In this document: positions 24,193 to 38,111 of the stretch, in pieces
How positions within the stretch are numbered: the first letter of the stretch is position 1
How the letters are laid out: every line of letters starts with the position of its first letter
Origin: Malacoraja senta
Lineage: Eukaryota
Assembly: GCA_038087875.1 (NCBI GenBank)
Contig: CM075990.1
Location: 3,102,001-3,166,000, forward strand
Direction of reading: 5' to 3'
DNA: 64,000 nucleotides
The notes under the pieces: model-generated
The model's input: the letters and a program-made list of their open reading frames with translations, nothing else
The model's database searches: none
What the model was told of the DNA's origin: nothing
Made by a program: the position numbers and the translations under genes

Positions 24193-24634
24193 ATTTTAAT
24201 CTCTGGCCTCTATTCCAACCATCTGCTTATCAAAAAAAATGTGTTTACCTATTACATGCAAAACATTATCCTGTATCCTGTTCCTCTTCTCTTCCAGCTA
24301 CCTAGCACCCCCCCTTCCCTCCCCCCCCACACCCATACCTTATCCAATAATCTGAAGAAGGGTCCCGTCCAGAGATGCTGCCTGACCCGCTGAGTCTTAA
24401 AAATAGCGGAGTCAGGGGATATGGGGGGAAGGCAGGAACGGGGTACTGATTGGGGATGATCAGCCACGATCACATTGAATGGCGGTGCTGGCTCGAAGGG
24501 CCGAATGGCCTATTCCTGCACCTATTGTCTATTGTCTATTGTTTCTCCAGAACTTTGTGTTCTTCTGCGTAAACCAGCATCCACAGTTCCATGTTTCTAC
24601 AGTGTAACCTCAATATGGTTAATACTGGTGGATT

Positions 24635-25020
24635 CAATTACAACCCAGCGGTATGAACCTTGATTTCTCTCATTTTAAGTAACCCCTGTATTCCCTCTCT
24701 CCCCCCACCCTCCCCCGTCATCCTCCTAGTTCCAATTTGTGTCCGTGCATCCATTTGTTATCATCTCTTCCCCAATAGACATTGGGCTGTCATGGGCTCC
24801 ACACATACTGAGACCATCTGTTGGCGGTCCTGATTTGTTCTGGCCTTTTTCCTACCGGCACTTCCCCCCCCCCCCATACTTTCAGTCTGAAGAAGGGTCC
24901 CAACCTGAAACCTCACCTGTTCCTCTTCTCCAGATGCCGCCTGACCCGCTGGGTTACTCCAGCACGTTGTGTCAGTCTATCTTCGGTATAAACCAGCATC
25001 TGCAGTTCTTTCCTGCGTAC
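24635..25020 (+). mobile_element. Penelope 3' end
   Basis: TTACAACCCAGCGGTATGAAC (LQPSGMN) through the terminal repeat. Confidence 0.8.
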
Positions 25021-25470
25021 ACTGGTGAAATCAATGGGCTTGGGTTGGCAGATGATTGCTTGCTGTTTTGATCGATCTTAGTGCCTCGAATAAATCAGTG
25101 AAGGACCGGCAGATTACTATTCATGGATCTGACGAATCTCAGCAGGGAACACGATCAGCTTAGACAGTGATCCTCCTCATGGCTAGATCACTTCTGTGGA
25201 TCATAGGCGACTAATAAAACTACAATCCAGACCGATTTGGCATTTCCCAGCCTTTCCCATTCAGGATTCTCCCAACTCTTTGCCATTTCGGAAATGTTAT
25301 TTAAGCATGATGAGAATGGACACAAATCGTAGAACATAGAACAGTACAGCACAGGAACAGGCCCTTCGGCCCACATTGTTTGTGCCGAACATGATGCCAA
25401 GCTTAACTGATCTCAGCTGTCGGCGAATGGCACATCCTCAGAGCAATAACCTCAGAAACTAAACTAAAGT

Positions 25471-25763
25471 ACGGGTGGCACGATAGCGCAGCGGTAGAGC
25501 TTCTGCCCAACAGCGCCAGAGTCCCGGGTTCGATCCTGACTATACGTGCTGTCGGTACGGAGTTTGTACGCTCTGCGTGGGTTTTCTTCTGTTTCCTCCC
25601 ACACTCCAATGACGTACAGGTTTGTAGGTTAATTGGCTTTGGTATCAATGTAAAATTCTCCCTGGTGTGTGTAGGATAGTGTTAATGTTCGGGGATCGCT
25701 GGTCAGTGCGGACTCGGTGGGCCGAAGGGCATGTTTCCGCAATGTATCTCTAAACTAAACTAA
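25471..25763 (+). mobile_element. HE1-like V-SINE
   Basis: Head, core and tail motifs. Confidence 0.85.
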
Positions 25764-26097
25764 GTGAACATTATTGCTACAGTTGCCAGTTGAGCGTTAG
25801 GGGTTTGGAGGACAGTGGGTGATGTGGTAGACAAATAGAGGCTTCATGGCCTGATCTGATCTTCCATTCCTGTTACATTTGACCGTTGTTGCCATTCCCT
25901 GCTAGCATGGTCAATGACTCTCAATGAGTGCAATCGTACGTTTGTGGACACACACATGGAGCAGTCACACATTCCTCCTTATGATTATTTATTTTTGTGA
26001 ACACAGGTCACAGACTACAATAAAATTAGAATCTAGTAATTAAGGAGACTGTTCATTTGTGCAAAGAATGTACAAAATATATAGGCATCTGTCACAA

Positions 26098-27065
<968 letters not shown>

Positions 27066-27259
27066 GAGCGTATGTAAATATGGAAGACATCTGAGTGGTA
27101 CATCATCACCTAACCCAAGGAAGAGCATCCTGGTGTCAACAACTGTAAACTGCATCCAGTGTACATGGTGGGATAACCAAGAATGTGTGGCTCTGTAGAT
27201 GATTAAATCAATGAAAATCTTGACAAGACTTGTTGGTACATGCTTCTTTATTCCACACA

Positions 27260-28150
27260 ATTCCTTCCCGTGCCCAGGGGCATTTATCAGGCTGCCTGTC
27301 GGCTAATGGAGATTGTTGTTTAGCCCCGCACTTGATCGAAGGCCGCGATTATGATGCATGTCAATAATTTAGTGAGATATGACAAAGGAACAAAGAGCGT
27401 AGCCCTTGGCTGCTGGCCCCTGTAACACACGGCGAGCCCTCGCTGCACGCGGAGGGAGGAGAAAAAACAAGCGTGTGTCCCCCCCCCTCCGACGGCCCTC
27501 TGCGAAACGCGGCAGTCAAGGGTTAAAAACACTCGGCTGCAGCAGACAATAGAGCAAGCCCGACTAGTGCGGAGAAGGTGCGATGCATGAGAGAGAGAGG
27601 AAAAACTAATGACAGGTGTAGCTGTAAATTCTTCATTCTGCATAGGCTGATTGCACGGCTCCACTTGTGCACTCGACTGTGACGTTACAACTAATCCTGT
27701 TTGTAAGTTATTATTTATTTCCACCAAAGTTTGTCAAACTTGGGCTTTGATTTTTTTAAATATTTTTTTTCCCCCTGATTTCCCACTCGCGCTGCGTTCT
27801 CACACATGCTCCCCATATAATTTATGGTTGCCTCTGGACCTGATGACAGATTATTAAAAGTAGAATTAGATTTTTGTGCGGAATTTTTCCACTGGGAATT
27901 GAGAAGGCAGTGCTCTCTACGGAAGGTCTCCAGCGAGGTCTCCATTACTAATAGAAGTTTTTTGATGGGGTGAAGAGACTAATGATTTGAATTTACTGTG
28001 GCAGGAGTCACGTGCGCTGCAAAGCATCAGGCGAAGAGACTAGAGGTTAACCTCTTCCCTGTGGAGAGGTTTATTGGATTGTTTAGCAGCAGAAGGATAA
28101 TGTTTTTTGTCATAGACTGCTGCTGCTGTGCAGAAGTAAAAACAACCAGG
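27260..28150. promoter_or_regulatory. Candidate conserved non-coding/regulatory element
   Basis: TE-free, with a CpG-retaining segment at about 27325-27590. Paired SOX-like sites GACAAAGGAACAAAG (27381-27395), ATGCAT and TAAT motifs, E-box GTCACGTG (28007-28014). Conservation not verified. Confidence 0.4.
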
Positions 28151-28154
28151 CTTT

Positions 28155-28554
28155 GGAGAGGGGGAGAGAGAGAGAGAGGAAGAGAGAGTGTGTGTGTGTG
28201 AGAGAGAGAGGGAGATGGGGAGGGGAGGAGAGAGGGAGGGAGAGTGACAGAAAGAGAGAGAGAGAGAGAGAGGGAGGAGAGAGAGAGGGAAGAGGGGAGA
28301 GAACGTGAGAGATAGAAAGAGGGTGAGGGAAAGAGAGAGAGAGAGATGGGGAGGGGAGAGGGAGAAGGGGAGAGAGAGTGACAGAAAGAGAGAGAGAGAG
28401 AGGGGGAGGAGATAGAGAGGGAAGAGGGGAGAGAACGTGAGAGATAGAAAAGAGGGTGAGAGAGACAGAGAGAGGGTGTGAGAGGGGAGAGGGAAAGTGA
28501 AGGAGAGGGAGAGAGAGAGAGAGTGAGAGAGGGAGGGGGAGAAGGAGACAGAGA

Positions 28555-28593
<39 letters not shown>

Positions 28594-28620
28594 AGAGACA
28601 AGAGCCACAGAAGAGGGGGA
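28155..28620. repeat. (GA)-rich polypurine tract with an internal ~125 bp duplication
   Basis: GAGATGGGGAGGGGAG...GTGACAGAAAG...GAACGTGAGAGATAGAAA occurs twice. Confidence 0.93.
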
Positions 28621-29477
28621 TGAAAACACTGCAAGCCCCTTGACATGGAACGGGGCATCTTGCGATGTTTCCAGCGGGCGATGGGAGGTAAAAGAGGCCA
28701 AAGTGGTATGGTGCGTGAGAGACACCTGTGCCAATAAGTGGAGGATGGGAGGGGGGGATAGAAAAATGCAATTGTTCACCTAGTGGCCATTCAGCTTGTA
28801 GTCAGTCCCAGCATGCGGCAGGAGCAGGAGAAGCAGAGGGGAGTCACAGCACAGCTGAGAGCTTGGGCTTAATCTTATGCATCATTACACACTCAGCAGC
28901 AAGCTAGTGCTGTTCAGATACATCATCCACGCCTAATAAACATAATGATGACATAAGATGTAATTCTAGATGAATTTTCATTTTATAGGGAAATGGAGAA
29001 TTCCTGTTGGAAAAAGTAAATTATCAGGGTAGAGCAAAATAAATGATGTTTTTTCCTTGAGATGAATGGAGCTGTTTGACGCATCAAAAGAGTAAGAAAG
29101 CTGGCAATTTTTGTGTTTTAATCGCGGGGCATGATGGACAACAGTGAGACCCCAAGTGCTGCTCATCCATCATGTAGGAAGGAGAAATCTGATGCCTTTT
29201 TTTTTTTAAATGCACAAAAAAAAAAGTGAGACTTTTTTTTTTCTTTCTCCTGGCACGGCAGAGGAGATTGGATTCTGATGAGACTAAAGTTCGAAGGGTG
29301 AGATTGGCGGAGGGGGGAGAGAAGGCGGGGTGGGGGGGGGGTGGAATCAGGGCTGGATGCCAGGTTGCCAGGGCCGGTGGTGTGAGTCAGCATGGGAGGG
29401 TGGATGAAAGTATGGTCTGAGAGGAGTGGGGGTCTGCGGTGAAGTCGTTTCCCGGCTTCACGTAGGGTGGGAGAGTC

Positions 29478-29800
29478 GTTAGTTTAGTTTAGTTCAGAGA
29501 TACAGCGCGGAAACAGGCCCTTCGGCCCACCGAGTCCGCGCCGACCAGCGATCCCCGCACACTAACACTATGCTACGCACACACACACACTAGGGACAAT
29601 TTACACTTATACCAGAGCCAATTAACCTACAAACCTGTACGTCGTTGGAGTGTGGGAGGAAACCGGAGCTCCCAGAGAAAACCCACGCAGTTCACGGGGA
29701 GAACGTACAAACTCCGTACAGACAGCACCCGTTGTCAGGATCGAACCCGGGGCTCTGCCGCGGCGAGACAGCAACTCTAACACTGCGCCACCGTGCCATG
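29478..29800 (-). mobile_element. HE1-like V-SINE (young)
   Basis: Near consensus with CpGs retained. Confidence 0.9.
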
Positions 29801-29849
29801 TGGAATACTAGCAGGCATGTTGGAAATGTGATGAAATAATGATGAAGGG

Positions 29850-30470
29850 AGGCACGGTGGCGTTGCTGCCTTACAGCGCCAGAGACCCAGGTTCGATTCC
29901 CACCACGGTACTGCCTGTGTGGCGTTTATAAGTTCTCCCCCTGACCTATGTAGGGTTTCTCCAGGTGCCACAGTTTCCTCCCATGCTCCAAAGACATACG
30001 GGTTGGAAGGTTAATTGGCTTCGTAAAATTGTAAATTAGAAAATAGACAATAGGTGCAAGAGTAGGCCATTCGGCCATTCAATGTGATCATGGCTGATCA
30101 TCCACAATCAGTACCCCGTTCCTGCCTTCTCCCCATATCCCCTGACTCCGCTATCTTTAAGAGCCCTATCTAGCTCTCCCTTGAAAGTATCCAGAGAACC
30201 GGCCTCCACCGCCCTCTGAGGCAGAGAATTCCACAGACTCACAACTCTCTGTGTGAAAAAGTGTTTCCTCATCTCCGTTCTAAATGGCTTACCCCTTATT
30301 CTTAAACTGTGGCCCCCTAGTTCTGGACTCCCCCAACATCGGGAACATGTTTCCTAGTCTCTAGTGTGTGTAGGACAGTGTTTGTGTGCGGGGATCACTG
30401 GTCAGCGTGGACTCAATGGGCCGAAGGGCCTGTTTCCATGCTGTATCTCTAAAGTAAACTAAACTAAACA
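29850..30470 (+). mobile_element. HE1-like SINE interrupted by a minus-strand CR1 3' fragment (30038-30360)
   Basis: SINE resumes at CTAGTGTGTG (30361). Confidence 0.85.
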
Positions 30471-30816
30471 GTAGCATAATTTTGTTCTTCATCTACTAAT
30501 GTTTTATGAATGGTACATTTAATTCATAAACAGTCCTTGTCTCAACCCTCTTCCTCAAAATTAAACAAATGAAGCTCTGATGTCCAAACATATTGGAATT
30601 GAATATTTAATTAGCAGAGCATTGAGATTACAAGCACAAACATAACATCAACATACTAACAATCAAAAGCAGGTCAATGCCAGATAGATATAGTCCATTT
30701 TATTGAGGCTAACCAAAACTGATCCCAACATCTTTAGGGAAAGATTGAATAGGAATGTGAGGGGATTGTTTTCACTTAGAGGGTGGTGGGTGTATGGAAC
30801 GAGCTGCCTGAGGAGA

Positions 30817-31502
30817 GGCACGGTGGCGCAGTGGTAGAGTTGCTGCCTTACAGCGCCAGAGACCCGGGTTCGATCCTGTCTACAGGCGCTGTCTGTACAG
30901 AGTTTGCACGTTCTCCCCGATGACGTTGGGCTTGGCGGTGGTAAGGCCTTCAACATTGAGCTGCAGTAGCGTTAAACCTCGACAGTTGGCGGCATTTAAC
31001 GGCGCCGCCTGGCCTGGGGAGGCATGGCTTTTAGCGGTCTGCAGACGCGGTAAAGACATTGGTTTTGCTTTGTGGGCTTGTGGGCCTATGAGCCTGTAAG
31101 CTACTCGTGGAGGAGGCTGCGTAGAGGCTTTCTTTGTCTCCTCATAGTCACCAGTTGCCCCCAAACACCGGCCACCGAATGGTGAACGAGGTGTGATTGA
31201 CCTGGACGATGACACGTTGGCCTGGCTCGCCTCAACGGAGCTGCAGGTCTTAAAGACATACGACAGAAGAAGAAGAACATTCTCCCCGTGACCTGCGTGG
31301 GTTTTCTCCGGGTTCTCCGGTTTCCTCCCACACTCCAAAGAAGTGTAGGTTTGTAGGTTAATTGCTTCAGTAAAATTGTTAATTGTCGCTAGTGTGTGTT
31401 GGATGGTGCAGGTGTGCGGGGATCGCTGGTCGGCTTGGACTCGGTGGGCCGAAGGGCCTGTTTCCGCACTGTACCTCCAAACTAAATTAAACTAAACTAA
31501 AC
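30817..31502 (+). mobile_element. HE1-like SINE (inside a CR1 fragment, 30735-31690) hosting a Vingi-like insertion
   Basis: Head at 30817; core resumes at 31289. Confidence 0.85.
30920..31276. mobile_element. Vingi/Ingi-like short non-LTR insertion with inverted 5' end
   Basis: Minus strand: MSLPRLQ...LTLLQLNVEGLTTAK (APE endonuclease N-terminus). Plus strand: KHRPPNGERGVIDLDDDTLAWLASTELQV plus (AGA)n tail. TSD ACGTTCTCCCCG / ACATTCTCCCCG. Confidence 0.75.
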
Positions 31503-31821
31503 GAAAGGAGGTTGTTGAGGCAGGTACTATTACAACATTGAAAATACATTTTAGACAGGTACATGGATGGGAAAGGTTTAGAGGAATGTGGACCAAATGT
31601 GGGCAAATGGGACTAATTTAGATGAGGCATCTTGGCCGGCATTGACAAGCTGGGCCGAAGGCCTGTTTGGTGCCGTATGTACCAATGACGCTTTTATTTG
31701 AGATTAAATGTTATTTAAATAAATAACTTTCAATATCACTGAGGCAATCATATTCTACGATGATTAAAAACCCGTATTCAGTGGAAATTCTACTGTATAT
31801 CACACAATATATTTATAAGCA

Positions 31822-32370
31822 TGGGTGGCGCAGCGGTAGAATTGCTGCCTTACGGCGCAAGAGACCCGGGTTTGACTCCGACTACGGGTGCTGTCTGTAC
31901 GGAGTTTGCACGTTCTCCCTGTGACCACGTGGGTTTTATTTGGGTGCCCCGGTTTCCTCCCGCATTCCAAAGACGTACATACAGTTTTGTAGGTCAATTG
32001 GGCCCCTAGTGTGTAGGATTGTGCTGGTTTGCGGGGATCGCTGGGCCGAAGGGCCTGTTTCTGTGCTGCATCTCGAAACTAAACTAAATTAAACTACAAG
32101 ATGAAGGATTGCTGGCCCATCATTCTGCTGAAATGTTATAAATATGAATTGAAAATCAAGGAAACTGCAGATGCTGGAAATCTGAAATAAAAACAGAAAC
32201 AGACACTAGGGGCCAATTAACCTACAAACCAGTACGTCTTTGGGATGTGTGAGGAAACCGGAGCACCGGGAGAAAACCCACGCGGTCACCGGGAGAACGT
32301 GTAAACTCCACACAGACAGCACCCGAGGTCAGGATCGAACCCAGGTCTCGTGCTAGAGGTAGCACCGCTT
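31822..32370. mobile_element. HE1-like SINEs (plus 31822-32095; minus 32203-32370)
   Basis: Head, core and tail motifs. Confidence 0.82.
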
Positions 32371-32477
32371 GTGACTGTCGCTCACAGTCTTAGAAACCAG
32401 ATCCCAAATCATCACCAGATCGTCAGCTTCACCAGAAACCACTCAGTGAGGGAAATACGGTTCAACCCTGAATGATA

Positions 32478-32918
32478 GAACGTAGAATATAGAGTACAGC
32501 ACAGGAACAGGCCCTTCGGCCCACAATGTCTGCGCGGAACATGATACCAAGACCAACCCGTATCTGCCCTGTACATAACCCATATCCCTCCATTCCCAGC
32601 ATATGTATGTGCCAATGCAAAAGTCTTTTCAATGTCACTATTATATTGGCCTCAAGCACGCCCTATAGCATGTTCCAGACACACTCACCACTCTCTGTGT
32701 TAAAAAACTTGCCCCGCATATTTCCCTTAAACTTTGTCCCTCTCATCTTAAAGCAACATCCTCGAGTATTGGCAATGGGTTCTGTCTGTCTGCCCTACCT
32801 ATGCCTCTCATTATATTTATATACATCTAACAGGTCTCTCTGCAGCTTCAGCTTTCCAGAGAAAATAATTCAAGTGTGTCCAACCGCTCTCTGTAGCTAA
32901 TACCGCCTAATCCAGGCA
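32478..32918 (-). mobile_element. CR1 3' fragment
   Basis: ACAGCACAGGAACAGGCCCTTCGGCCCACAATG tail; SYRERLDTLELFSLE. Confidence 0.8.
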
Positions 32919-32919
32919 T

Positions 32920-33310
32920 CGGGTGCTGTCTGTGTAGAGTTTGCACGTTCTCCCTATGACTGTGTGGGATTCTTCCCACATCCCAAACACGTGCGGGTTT
33001 GTAGGTTAATTGGCCCTCTGTAAATCGCCTCACAGCGCCCAGAGACCTTGGTTCAATCCAGACCTCGGCTGTTGCCTGTGTGGAGTTTGCCCGTTCTCCC
33101 GGTGACCGCATGGGTTTCCTCCAGGTTTTCCCGGTTTCCTCCCACATCTCAAAGAGGTGCGGGTTTGTAGATTAATTAATCCTCGCCCCGCGTGTGCAGG
33201 GAGTGGATGAGAAAGTGGGATAACATAGAACCAGTGTGAATGGGTGATCGATGGTCGGCGTGGACCCGGCGGGCCGAATGGCCTGTTTCCATGCTGCATC
33301 TTTCAATCAC
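32920..33310 (+). mobile_element. Tandem SINE pieces
   Basis: V-core present twice, one tail. Confidence 0.78.
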
Positions 33311-33821
33311 TCATAAAGTAACATTGAAGGAGCCAGTTACTTACAGTAGTTGCTCATGGTTCTACATCCTCTTGGAAAGAGATATTTATAATTGTCTCCA
33401 AGTCATCCTCAGTGTGACGTAGGGTCCCGACCTGAACCGTTGCCTATCTACTCCCCGCACAGTATAGTTTAGAGATACTGTGTGGAAACAGGCCCTTCAG
33501 CCCACCGAGTCTGCACCAACCAGCGATCCCCATATATATATATATATATATATATACCTATGCGAAATGTCTCATTCATGGTGTTATAAGCAGCTCAGCA
33601 CCTTTTCACAAATCCACTTGCTCTTCCATCAGCCATTGGCATTTTATTAAATGTTAGTCATTCTTCTGAATATCAAGCCTAACATGTAAGCAAAAAGAAA
33701 TAAAGTCAAGTCCTATGGGGCAACTGGGGAAGTGTCTCCCTTGGACGGGGGTGGGCGGAGGCGGGGGGGGGGGGGGAAGAGAAGGTGATCATCTGCAAGG
33801 GTTAAAACTGAGTTCAAGTAT

Positions 33822-34112
33822 GGGGCGGCATGGTGGCGCAGCGGTAGTGTCACAGCGCCGTAGACCCGGATTCGATCCCGACTACCGGGTGCTGTCTGTA
33901 CGGAGTTTGCACGTTCTCCCCGTGACCTGCGTGGGTTTTCTCCAAGATCTTTGGTTTCCCCCCACACTCCAAAGACGTACAGGTTTGCTGGTTAATTGGC
34001 TTGGTGTAAATGTAAACTGTCCCTAGTGTGTGTAGGATAGTGTTAGTGCGCGTGGATCGCTGGTGGGCGCGGACCCGGTAGTTTCCGCGCTGAATCTCTA
34101 AACTAAACTAAA
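33822..34112 (+). mobile_element. HE1-like V-SINE
   Basis: Head, core and tail motifs. Confidence 0.88.
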
Positions 34113-34259
34113 CATAGTCCCCATTTCATCGCCGCTGATTTCCGAAGTTGGTGCGTGTGATATTTTGGGAACAGATTTCCCTCTCTTGCACTTGGCTATA
34201 AATAAACTCCAATTAGGGAACAGTAGAGGTCTGCTCTGATTAAAATCTGTGATGCCTCA

Positions 34260-35150
34260 CTCATAGTCACAGAGTAATACAGCGTGGATACAGGCCCTTC
34301 AGCCCACCTTGCCCACACCGACCAACATGCCCCATCTACACTAGTGCCACCTGCCTGCATTTGGCTCATATCTTTCAAAACCTTCTATCCATGTACGTTT
34401 CTTAGTACCTGCCTCAACATAGGTTTAAGGTGAAAGGGGGGGCGAGATTCAATAGGAATCTGAGAATTACATTTTTCACGCAATGGGTAGGTGGGTGTAT
34501 GGAAAGAGCTGCCGGAGGAGGTAGTTGATGCAGGGACTATTGCAACGTTTAAGAAACATTTAGACAGGTGAATGGTTAAGCCATGATCACAGTGTATGGC
34601 AGTGCTGGCTCGAAGGGTTGAATAGCCTACTCCTGCACCTATTGTCTATTGTCTATAGGACAGGTTTAGAGGGATGCGGCCCAAACACAGGCAGGTGTGA
34701 CTAGGGTAGCTTGGGACACGATCATAGAAACATAGAATATAGGTGCAGGGGTAGGCCATTCGGCCCTTTGAGCCAGCACCGCCAATCAATATGATCATGG
34801 CTGATCATCCTGAATCAGTACCCCGTTCTTGCTTTCTCCCCATATCCCTTGATTCCATTAGCCCTAAGAGCTAAATCTCTCTCTTGAAAACATCCAGTGA
34901 ATTGGCCTCCACTGCCTTCTGTAACAGAGAATTCCACAGATTCACAACTCTCTGGGTGAAAAAGTTTTTCCTCATCTCAGTCCTAAATGGCCGACCCCTT
35001 ATTCGTAAACTGTGACCCCTGTGGCAAGTTGGACCGAAGGGCCTGTTCCTACGCTGTATGACTCCAGGTACCTCCTCATGCAGCTTGTTCCATATACCTA
35101 CCACCCTTTGTTTCAAAACATCTCTCAAGTTCCTACTAGATCTTTCCTCT
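34260..35150. mobile_element. Cluster of nested CR1 3' fragments in both orientations
   Basis: CR1 tail motifs; minus-strand RKNFFTQRVVNLWNSL at 34871-35020. Confidence 0.8.
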
Positions 35151-35419
35151 CATCACCTTGAAGAAATTCCTCGGATTTCTTTGCCATCTCAGTTCATAAT
35201 TTAATTGCCCCATTGTCCAAATGGAAGGTTGACTCTGATGTATCTTTGACCATTCATTTTATGGATTGTCTGACTGCTTGAGTCACTTGGGTCTCCTTCA
35301 CAAGGTAGAGTGGATCCTCTGGTACCTGCTATTTGACACATGCTTGTTAACTGGGATTTTTCACCAATTATTTTTGCTTCCTTGCTATAATGTGGCCAGA
35401 TACTCAAAAGAAGCCCTCG

Positions 35420-36290
35420 ATAATGATGATGCCTCCAAAGTAGAGATGGTTGAATGCTTCAAGTTCTTAGGAATAAATATCAACAACAAGTTTGTCCTGA
35501 ATCAGTCACATCGATGTAATGGCCAAGAAAGCACATCAACGGCAACATCACAATCTGGTTTGGGAACTGCTCTGCCCAGGACAGGAAGGCTCTGCAGAGG
35601 GTAGTGCGTTCGGCCGAACGCACTATGGGAACTACACTCGTCCCCCTGCAGGACCTATACACCAGGAGGTGCAGATCCAGAGCCAGCAACATTATGGGGG
35701 ACCCCTACCCCCCCAGCAACCGACTGTTCCAGCTGCTATGGTCAGACAAACACCTCCGCTGTCAAGCTGTGAAAACAGAGAGGATGAGACGGAGTTTCTT
35801 CCCACAGGACATCAGGACTGTAAACTCTTATCTCACCAGGGACTAATTAACTGTTGTGTTGTGTCTTTTTAAAATTGTTCTTTTTTTTCTAACATGTAAA
35901 TACTGATTCTGTTCTATTCTGTTCTGTAGTTTTTGCACAATCCGCAGGCATTGCCACTTTCATTTCACTGCACATCTTGTATGTGTATGTGACAAATAAA
36001 CTTGACTTGACTTGACAATGCCTCTACTTCCTTGGAAGAGTTAGGAAGTTTGGAATGTCCCCAACTTCCTTTACCAACTTCTACTGAAGGATTTTATCGG
36101 GATGCATCACAGCATGGTTTGGGAACAGCTCCATCCAAGGCCACAAGAAATTGTAGAGGGTTGCAGGCCGAGCCCAGACCATCACGCAAACCAACCTCCC
36201 TTCCATTGACTCCATCTACAATTCATGCTGCCTCAGCAAGGCACACCTGCATCATCAAGGACACATCTCACCCCGGACACGTCCTCTTTT
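35420..36290 (+). mobile_element. Rex1/Babar fragment with a second Rex1 3' end nested inside (about 35542-36016)
   Basis: VEMVECFKFLGI...AKKAHQR; inner copy LQDLYTRRCRSRASNI...RRSFFPQDIR with (CTTGA)n tail. Confidence 0.82.
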
Positions 36291-36674
36291 CTCATAAGGT
36301 CATAAGGAATAGTGGTAGAATTAAGCCATTTGGCCCATCAAGTCATTCAATCATGGCCGATCTCTCTCCCCCTCCTAATCCCATTCTCCTGCCTCTCGTC
36401 CCATAACCCCCGACACCTGTACTAATCAACTAACCGTACTAACCCGTATTACATTTCCTCTCCTATCTACACCATTGGAGACCCTCGGATTATTTTTTAA
36501 TCAGACTTTACTGGACGTTATCTTGTACCTAGCATTATACCCTTTATCCTGCCTTCTATACACTGTGGACGGCTTGATTGCAATCCTGTAGAGTCTTTCT
36601 GCTGACTAGATAGCTAGCAACAAAAAGCTTTTCACTGGACCTCGGTGTACTTGACAATTAACTAAACGCACACT

Positions 36675-37150
36675 CACTTTATTAGCCAAGTATGTTTTGC
36701 AACATACGAGGAATTTCATTTGCCATACAGTCATACCAATAAAAAGCAGCGGAACACACAAAATACATTTTAACATAAACATCCACCACAGTGACTCCTC
36801 CACATTCCTCACTGTGATGGAAGGCGAAAAAAGTTCAATCTCTTCCCTTCTTTGTCTTCCAGCGGTTGGGGGCCTCTAACCTTCTGTTGACGGGACGATC
36901 TTACTCCCGTATCCAGCGGCGGGCCTCCTGCATCGGATAGGAATCTCAGTTCCCATGCGCCGGGCGATCTCCCTCGGGTCAAGGCTAGTCGAACGTCGTG
37001 CGGTTTTGGAGCTACCCGACTCGGTCTCTCCCGAGACTGCGATGTTAAAGCCGGCTCCTTGATGTTAAAGTCCGCAGGGCGCAGTTGGAGCGTCGATCCC
37101 AGGCAAGGAATCGGCTCCGATGGCAAGTCCATGCCCTGTGGTGGGGCTCA
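36675..37150 (-). mobile_element. Unclassified GC-rich retroposon with hairpin core
   Basis: TCCACCACAGTGA-loop-TCACTGTGATGGA; related to 11700, 20290 and 57370. Confidence 0.6.
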
Positions 37151-37389
37151 ATCTAAACTAAACACCAGGAGGGAGTGGGCAAAACAGCCCTCACACTTGC
37201 TCCACCTTCATTAAGGGACATTCCATGACCTTAATAAGGAACAGAAAATCAGTTATTGATGACACAGAGCAAGTCAAAAGTCAACAGAAAATAGCAGCAC
37301 AGGAGACAGAGTAGGTGCAACCCGTACTTTAACTATGTACCCTTAGCAAGCACAAATAAGGATTGAAATGCGCTGACAATTAAATGCCT

Positions 37390-37803
37390 GATGGTAGAGC
37401 TGCTGTCTCATGGCACCAGAGACCCGAGTTCCATCCTGACCTCAGATGCTATCTGTGTGGAGTTTGCACGTTCTCCGTCTGACCCCTTAGGTTACCTCTG
37501 GGTGCTCCAGTTTCCTCCCACATCCAAAAATGTCTGGGTTTGTAGGTTAATCGCGCCCCCTGTAAATTTGCCCCTAGTATGTTGGGAGTGGCTGAGAAAG
37601 TGGGAGTACGTAGAACTGGTGTGGACGGGTGATCATTGGTCGGCGTGGACTCGATGGGCAGAAGGGCCTGTTTCGATGCTGTATCTCTGAACTAAACTGA
37701 AGATAGACACAAAAAGCCGGAGTAACTCAGCGGGACAGGCAGCGTCTCTGGAGAGAAGGAATGGGTGACGGTTCGGGCCGAGACCTTCTCTGAACTAAAC
37801 TAA
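37390..37803 (+). mobile_element. HE1-like SINE with a Penelope terminus inserted in its tail
   Basis: TSD TCTCTGAACTAAACT flanks 37699-37786. Confidence 0.8.
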
Positions 37804-38111
37804 TCTGTAATAAACTACTATGAAGGGAAAGTGAACAAGCCTGGAACACAAGTTTTACTGCAATGCCTATGGAAGAACATAGAACAGTACCAACACAGGA
37901 GCTGGCCTTCGGCCCAACTTGTCTATACGGACCATGATGCCAATTCCATCTGCTGACACATGATCTGCATCCCTCTATTCCATGCCCATTCACAAGTCTG
38001 TCAAAGTATCTGTCTCTTTACTTTTAGACATTTGACTTTAGACCTCAGAGATAACAGCATGAAACCAGGCCCTTCGGCCACCCAGTCCACGCCAACCAGC
38101 AATCACTCCGC

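Noticed and set aside
28027..28779. 250-aa Ser/Leu-rich ORFs
   Set aside because: Translations of the (GA)/(TC) tract.
28989..29015. Possible 27-nt in-frame microexon (TTTTATAG/GGAAAT...GAAAAA/GTAAAT)
   Set aside because: Weak donor, no upstream TGC enhancer, peptide not recognised; needs RNA-seq.
28944..29030. C/D snoRNA (box C ATGATGA)
   Set aside because: No box D CTGA or terminal stem at a suitable distance.
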